Positions 58,127 to 64,000 of a stretch of DNA of 64,000 bases are shown in pieces. The stretch's first letter is position 1. Each line of letters opens with the position of its first letter. The notes under the pieces were generated by a model. It was given only the letters and a program-made list of their open reading frames with translations. It did not search any database and was not told where the DNA came from. The DNA comes from an uncultured Candidatus Rokubacteria bacterium. Its GTDB lineage: Bacteria > Methylomirabilota > Methylomirabilia > Rokubacteriales > DASRDR01. The position numbers and the translations under genes were made by a program. The DNA lies in assembly GCA_963826115.1 (NCBI GenBank), contig CAWGVS010000006.1, positions 800,001-864,000 of the forward strand. Reading direction: 5' to 3'.

Positions 58127-59317
58127 ATGGACATCACCGAACCGACCGCGACCACCGAAGTCGCCGGACCGATCCTTCGGGTCCGTTCGCGGCACCACGC
58201 GCTCTTCGGAGGGCTGTTGATCAAGGAAGGGCTGATCAACCAGGCGCAGCTCGACAAGGCGCTGGCCCTCCAGCAGGAAACCGAGCCGCGCCCGCTGCTC
58301 GGCCAGATATTCCTCGACCAGAAGCTCGTCACGCCGCACGAGCTCAATGCCGTCCTCGCCAAGTATCAGCGAACGCATCTGCTCGGGGACGTGCTGGTCG
58401 AGACGAAGGCCATCACGCCGGCTCAGCTCGAGAGCGCGCTCGCCACTCAGAGGAAGACCCACGGTCCGCTTGGCGAGACTCTCGTCCAGCTCGGGTTCAT
58501 CACCGAGCGGTCGCTCAAGCACGCGCTCAGCATCCAGCTCAGGATCCCCCTCGTCGATCTCGACGATCGGTCGATCGATCCGGGTATGTCTGCCGTGATT
58601 AGCGAGCGCTACGCTCGCCACCACCGGGTGCTGCCGCTCGTCGAGGTCGATGGGCGGATCGTGCTGGCCATGGACGACCCGACCGACCTCGAGGCGGTCG
58701 CGGATGTTCGCTCGTGCACCGGGCGAAGGATCGACGTGGTCGTGGTGACCGCCGACGCGCTGGAGCGGGCGTTCTCCCGGCTGTACGGGGAGCGTGGAGG
58801 CGGGACGTCCGTTCGCCAGTCCTCGACCGAAGCGGACGACGCGGGCACGCTGCCGATGCCGGAGACCATGCGAGTCGCCGCCGCCGCTGCTCCGAGCCTC
58901 CCCGACATGGACGCGAGTCCCCATCGGAGGGACGAGGAGCGGCCGAGGCCCGGAAGCGCGCTCGACGCCATCCGCGCCCGGATGGACGCGATCCGCCACG
59001 TCGTCCGGAGCTGGGACCGCTGGACCGATGCGGCCGAGACGCTGCTCCACGAGCGGGTCGAGCGAAAGACCGAGATCGAACGCCTGACCGGCGAGCTTCA
59101 AGCGGCTCGAGCGGCCCTCGCGCGGACGAGTCAGGAGCTCGAGGCGAAGGCGCAGGCCTTGGCGAGCCTCGAGAGCGCCCATGCCGCCCTGCTCCGGGAG
59201 CACGGGAGTCTCGGCAACGCGCTGGCAGATCTCCGGGAGCGGCACGACACCCTCCTCCGGGACCGACAGTTCGTCATCGACCGCGTCAGCGAAGCGCTCC
59301 GCCGGCTGAGAATCTGA
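58127..59317 (+). CDS. MshEN/T2SSE_N-domain protein with coiled-coil C-terminus, no ATPase
   Basis: Four xLGxxLxxxxxIxxxxLxxAL-type repeats, then IPLVDL..ARHHRVLPL..VLAMDDP.DL and an Ala/Glu/Leu coiled coil. Confidence 0.8.
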   Translation: MDITEPTATTEVAGPILRVRSRHHALFGGLLIKEGLINQAQLDKALALQQETEPRPLLGQIFLDQKLVTPHELNAVLAKYQRTHLLGDVLVETKAITPAQLESALATQRKTHGPLGETLVQLGFITERSLKHALSIQLRIPLVDLDDRSIDPGMSAVISERYARHHRVLPLVEVDGRIVLAMDDPTDLEAVADVRSCTGRRIDVVVVTADALERAFSRLYGERGGGTSVRQSSTEADDAGTLPMPETMRVAAAAAPSLPDMDASPHRRDEERPRPGSALDAIRARMDAIRHVVRSWDRWTDAAETLLHERVERKTEIERLTGELQAARAALARTSQELEAKAQALASLESAHAALLREHGSLGNALADLRERHDTLLRDRQFVIDRVSEALRRLRI

Positions 59318-59441
59318 GCCCGGTCGGCGTGGCGGCTCGCGCGCGCTCCAGCCGGGAGGACCGGGTCGATTCGGATCGCCTGGTTGGAGAGACTCGGCGA
59401 GGCGACGGCTGGCCGGGCTCGTGGTCCTGGCGGGTCGGACC

Positions 59442-60182
59442 CTACCGTCGCGCGACCAGCCGGCGGAACACCGCTCCGAACGTGAAGTCGTAGCCGGCCG
59501 CGTGCTCGGCGGCCTGGCGCTTCACGCGCTCGCCGAGCGTGTCGCCGTCCGGCACGTTGAAGCCCGGCACCTGGCTCTCGTGGCGGACGAGGGCGGCGAT
59601 CTGCCGGTCGATCGACTCCGTGACGTCCACGATGACGTCGGGCTGGTCCACGCCCCAGTACCAGAGCTCGCGGACCTTGTGGGGCTCCAGACCTTCCTCT
59701 TCCACATGCTCGGGGAAGTGGAGGTGGTCGCGAGCGAACGGGTAGATGGCGTCGGTCGTCACGATCCCCGCCTTCCGATGGTCGCGGTGCTGGAAGCTCT
59801 TCATGCGGTACGGGTCGTGGACGAAGACGGTGTCCGGCCGGTAGCGCCGGATCGCCCGGACGACGTCGCCGAGGAACTCCCGCGTGTCCTCGAGCCCGCC
59901 GTCCGGGTAGCCGAGCATCACCACGTGGCGGACGCCCATGAAGTCCGCGGCCGCCCGCTGCTCGTCGGCCCGCCGGGCGGTGAGCTCGGCCGGCGTCAGC
60001 GAGCGGTCCGCCGTGCCGGCTCCGCCGTTGGTGCAGAGCACGTAGGTGACCTCGCAGCCCTTCGCCACCCACTTGGCGATGACGCCTCCCGAGCCGATCT
60101 CGGCGTCGTCCGGGTGCGCGAAGACCACCATGGCCCGATCGGGCACCGCGGTCACCACCTCGAGCTTGTCGTCGCTGGACAC
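59442..60182 (-). CDS. PIG-L/LmbE family deacetylase
   Basis: AHPDDAE, TNG, R..EQ..AA, DG, HRDH. Confidence 0.9.
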   Translation of the reverse strand: MSSDDKLEVVTAVPDRAMVVFAHPDDAEIGSGGVIAKWVAKGCEVTYVLCTNGGAGTADRSLTPAELTARRADEQRAAADFMGVRHVVMLGYPDGGLEDTREFLGDVVRAIRRYRPDTVFVHDPYRMKSFQHRDHRKAGIVTTDAIYPFARDHLHFPEHVEEEGLEPHKVRELWYWGVDQPDVIVDVTESIDRQIAALVRHESQVPGFNVPDGDTLGERVKRQAAEHAAGYDFTFGAVFRRLVARR

Positions 60183-60372
60183 CGTGCCTCCCGGGCTCCG
60201 TGGGGATGTCGTGGGCGAGCGAAGCGCTGGCCGACGCTAGTGTACCGCCGACCGCGAGCGCGCCGGCCCGGCGGGACCGGACCTTGACCCGGTCGCGCGC
60301 GCGGCCCTAGAATCACCGCAACGGACCAAGTGTCGGATCCGCCCGCGATTCCCCGGACGAGGAGGATCGACC

Positions 60373-61100
60373 ATGCGAGCCAGCGTGACAGTCCTCGCCG
60401 CTGCGGTGGTCCTGGCGGCCCTGCCGACCGCCACCCAGGCCCAGACCCGGACCACGACGCGCGGCGCCTTCGGCGGCGCGTGTCCTCGGACACCACCGTC
60501 GGACCCTTCCGGGGCAGCGTGCCGCAGGGCGCGACGCTCGGAGCCGCCCGGGGAGCGGTGTCCTCGGACACCGTGATCGGCGCGGTCCGCAACGGGCCCC
60601 CCGCGTTGATCGGAGGGAACTGGACACCGAGCCTGACCGGCCCCGGGCTCGTCTGGACGGCTGCGGTGCCGGTGACGTCCTTCGCGCCGCGGGGTACGTC
60701 CGCGTGGGCGTGATCCCATTCCGCGGTGACGCGTCGCCCGGGTCGGTCGGCGCCTTCGCCCCGCCGGCGCCGCCCGACACCGTGCTCGGGCCTTCCGCGG
60801 CCCAGGATCTCGAGGGACGACTCAAGTCCGCGGCCACGATCTCGATGTGGGACGGGAACTACAAGCAGGGCGAGGTCATGACGAATCGCGCCGTCGGTGT
60901 CCGCGAGGAGATTGCGGGCGGCACGGTCCGCCCCGAGGTGGCCAGCGCGCTCGAGGACGAACGCGAAGTTCCTCCGGGACTGGGGCCGTGACGCCGCGGC
61001 GGCCGACATGGAGTCCCGGGCCAAGGAGATCCGGACGAAGCTCGAGGCGCCACCGGCCGCGAAGCGAACCGAGCGAACCGAGCGGGCCGAGCGCTTCTGA
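60373..61100 (+). CDS. Secreted protein with C-terminal TPR-like helices, broken by about three apparent frameshifts
   Basis: GGAGG RBS and signal peptide MRASVTVLAAAVVLAALPTATQA. Fragments in ORFs 60330, 60704 and 60897 join into GNYKQGEVMTNRAVGVREEI..PEVASALE..AKFLRDWGRDAAAADMESRAKEIR. Confidence 0.55.
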
Positions 61101-61394
61101 TCGTTCCCGCCTGAGTCGTAGCGGGCGCCGTCCGACGACCGGGCGGCGCCCGCGCTGTTTCGCGCACGATGCTTCTGACCGCGCATGTCCGGTTCGGATC
61201 GAGGGCGGAGCTCGTGGTCCTTGCGCGGCGCGTGACGCGACCGCGGGCGCTCGTCTGAGACCGGTCACACGCTCGGGAAAGCGCGGGCCCCAATTGTCTA
61301 GACAACCTCGCCCGTGCCATACTCCACCCGGCGGGACGACCGAGGCTCAGGCGGCATCCGCGACGCGGCGGCGACGCAGGAAAGGAGACCGGAC

Positions 61395-62321
61395 GTGGCC
61401 AAGACGCACAAGATCCTCCGAGGCTCGTGCCCGCTCGTGCTCACCCCCTTCAAGGACAACGAGGATCTCGACCTCGACGCGCTGAAGGTCCACATCGACT
61501 GGCTCATCGACAAGGGCGCCCCCGGGCTCTTCCTGGCGGGGAGCTGGGGCGAGTACTCGCAGCTCAACGACGACGAGCGCCGCCAGGTCTTCGAGGCCGG
61601 CCTCAAGCACGTGGCGGGCCGGGTGCCGGTGTTCGTCGGGATCTGCGGGCTCGGCCAGACGACGCGCGCGAGCGTCGAGTTCGGGCGCGCGGCCGAGGGC
61701 GCGGGCGCCGACGGGCTGATGGTCAAGCAGTACCTCTACATCGACGCGTCGGAGCGGCACGGGAAGGCCCCGGAGGCGGACATCCGCGAGGGGCTCCTCG
61801 AGTATTTCGGCGCGATGTCGCGCGCGGTCGACGTCCCGATCATGCTCTACAACTCGGTGTGGGGGACGGTGGCGGCGAGCCCGGAGGCGCAGGTCGAGCT
61901 GACGGACCGCGGGTACATCCAGTACGTCAAGGAGTGCACCGGCATCGTGACCATGCAGCAGACGATCGGCCTGGTCGGCGACCGGCTCTCCGTATTCAAC
62001 GGGATGGAGGACTCGGCGTTCCCCGCCTTCGTCCTCGGCTCGACGGGTTGGTGCACCGGCACCGCCGCGGTCATCCCGGAGCTCTGCATCAAGCTCTTCG
62101 ACCTGGTCCAGGAAGGCCGGATCAAGGAGGCGCGGGACCTCTGGCTCCGCATCGTCCCGCTGACGGTCTTCCTCGAGGGCGGCAAGGGCATCCAGCTGAT
62201 GAAGTACGCGTCGAAGCTCCAGGGCGTCCCCATCGGCACCGCGCGGAAGAGCCGCGCGAGCCTCACCCCGGCCGAGAAGCAGAAGATGGAGCGGATGCTC
62301 AAGGACCTCGGAGCCCTGTAG
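61395..62321 (+). CDS. Dihydrodipicolinate synthase/NAL family aldolase
   Basis: LTPF, GSWGE, GRVPV, GADG, MLYN, Schiff-base VKE. AGGAG RBS. Confidence 0.88.
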   Translation: MAKTHKILRGSCPLVLTPFKDNEDLDLDALKVHIDWLIDKGAPGLFLAGSWGEYSQLNDDERRQVFEAGLKHVAGRVPVFVGICGLGQTTRASVEFGRAAEGAGADGLMVKQYLYIDASERHGKAPEADIREGLLEYFGAMSRAVDVPIMLYNSVWGTVAASPEAQVELTDRGYIQYVKECTGIVTMQQTIGLVGDRLSVFNGMEDSAFPAFVLGSTGWCTGTAAVIPELCIKLFDLVQEGRIKEARDLWLRIVPLTVFLEGGKGIQLMKYASKLQGVPIGTARKSRASLTPAEKQKMERMLKDLGAL

Positions 62322-62419
62322 ACCTTCCGCGCGGCATCGCGCCCGTCCGGCCTCGCCGCGGCGCCGGACGGGGCGGCGCGAGCCGGCGCGGCCCACACGC
62401 GCATGCTAGGAGGAGCGAC

Positions 62420-63684
62420 ATGAGAAGAAGCATCTGGATGGTCGTGGCGCTGGTCGCGGCCGCGGCCGTGATCGTCGTCGGGCAGCCCGCGTCGGGGCAG
62501 GGCAAGCCCGCGTTCACCCTCAAGTTCGGCGTCCTGTCCGGCCTCACCGGCGACCCCGCGGTCTCCGGCCAGGCCTGGAACCAGGCCGCGAAGGTCGGCA
62601 TCGACTACATCGACGAGACGCTCAAGAAGCTCAACCTGCCGGACGTCAAGGTCGAGCTGTCCGATTCCCAGGACAGCCAGGGGAACCCGCAGGCCGGCGT
62701 CGAGGCCGCCCAGAAGCTCGTCAACATCAACAAGGTCCACGCGATCATCGGCGATCCGTGGAGCGGCGTGACGAGCGCGGTGGCGCGGGCGGTGGCGATC
62801 CCGAACCGCGTGCTGATGTTCACGGGCGGGACGAGCCCGGCGCTCACCAAGCTCAACACGGAGAGCCCGGCCTTCATCTGGCAGCCGGTCGCCTCGGACG
62901 ACATCCAGGGCCGCGTCCTCGCCGCCCTGATGGCCGACGCCTTCGGCAAGACGGCCAAGGTGAACGTCGCCGCGCGGAACGACGCCTACGGCACGAACCT
63001 CTCCGCGGTCTTCAAGGACGCGTGGACGGCGGGCGGCGGCACGATCCCGAAGTTCGTCATCTACAACCACCAGCAGCCCACGCTGGACAGCGAGGCGCAG
63101 GAGGTCGTCCAGGGCAACCCGGACGCGTGGCTCTTCATCGACTTCTGCCCGACGTTCGCGAAGCTCGCGCTGCCGCTCTCGCGGACCGGGAAGTGGGACC
63201 CGGCGAAGACCTTCGGGTCCGACACGCTCGTCGACTGCCAGAGCCGCGGGACCAAGAGCTGGCCCGGGCTGCGCGCGACGCAGGCGAACGCCTCGTCGGG
63301 CTCGTCGTTCCCGGCCTACAAGGCGCTCTTCGAGCAGAAGGCGAAGCCGGGCGACCCAGTTCGCCGCGTGGACGGCCGAGGCGTTCGACAGCGTGTTCAT
63401 CGCCTTCCTGGCGGCGCTGGAGGCGAAGTCGTCGGACCCGGCGAAGATCAGCGCAGCACATCGTGTCGGTGACGAACCCGCCCGGCAAGCCGTTCAGCTT
63501 TCCAGGAGCTCGACAAGGCGATCGGCGCGGTCCTCGAGGGGCAGCGGATCCACTTCAACGGCGCCACCGGCCCCATCCAGTTCACCAAGGAAGGCCGCGT
63601 CGAGCTCGCACGGCCTACGACATCTGGCAGGTCAAGCCGGACGGCTCCAGCGCGCCGGTCAAGACGATCACGTTCAAGCCGTAG
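62420..63684 (+). CDS. Liv-type ABC substrate-binding protein, several apparent frameshifts after about 63355
   Basis: Signal peptide, KFGVLSGLTG, DSQG, TSPALT, SDDIQG, NDAYG. The C-terminal FNGATGPIQF lies in another frame. Confidence 0.85.
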
Positions 63685-63816
63685 CCTGCCGGGCCCAGCC
63701 ATACGGCCTGCGCCGTCCGGGCGATCTCCCGACCGCGTGCCGGGCGGATACGCTACGCGGGTCCGCCCGGGCGCGGCGACCGGCGCGACAGCCGGCCGCT
63801 GCGCGGCCTGACCCTG

Positions 63817-64000
63817 ATGCTCGCCTACCTGCTCCAGCTCACCCTCAACGGCCTCATCACCGGCGCCATCCTGGCCCTCACGGGCGTCGGCGCCTCGCTG
63901 GTCTTCGGCATCCAGCGCGTGGCGAACTTCGCCCACGGGGAGTACCTGACGTTCGCCGCCTACGTCGGCCTCGTGCTGAACGCTGGTGCTGCGGCCAGAG
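63817..64000 (+). CDS. livH: Branched-chain amino acid ABC permease, 3'-partial
   Basis: MLAYLLQLTLNGLITGAILALTGVGASLVFGIQRVANFAHGE. Confidence 0.85.
   Translation, partial: MLAYLLQLTLNGLITGAILALTGVGASLVFGIQRVANFAHGEYLTFAAYVGLVLNAGAAAR

Overview
Very GC-rich, gene-dense bacterial chromosomal window with about 58 CDS. I found no rRNA, tRNA, CRISPR array, integrase or transposase. The many Liv-type ABC transporters and flavoenzymes would fit a Rokubacteria-like soil lineage, but that is an unverified impression. In order, the window holds: a dimethylformamidase-like gene, a sugar epimerase, a GT2 and a DUF2235 protein; a three-gene LnmK-like / ACP / C-A-T-TE NRPS cluster; an archaeal-type topoisomerase VI B-A pair; and catabolic genes (FAD oxidoreductases, a Liv ABC transporter, 2-oxoacid/acetoin dehydrogenase E1a-E1b-E2, a cyclic amidohydrolase). 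Next comes a translationally coupled operon of a PqqD/RRE protein carrying its own leader-like C-terminal peptide, an HPr-kinase-like kinase and five glycosyltransferases, with a convergent sulfotransferase. After that are small proteins including a metallothionein-like peptide, topoisomerase IB, an N-terminally anchored protein with a proteasome-beta-like Thr1/Asp17/Lys pattern, a Prim-PolC / LigC / Xth repair locus, an ATPase-less MshEN protein and a second ABC transporter. Best candidates for undescribed systems: (1) the RRE-peptide fusion / kinase / glycosyltransferase operon (33147-40186), (2) the exported proteasome-beta-like Ntn hydrolase (52294-53130), and (3) the LnmK-ACP-NRPS cluster with a Cys-type thioesterase (5787-11079). 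Single-base frameshifts cluster near both window ends and are probably sequencing errors. All family calls come from motif recognition by eye, not from database searches.
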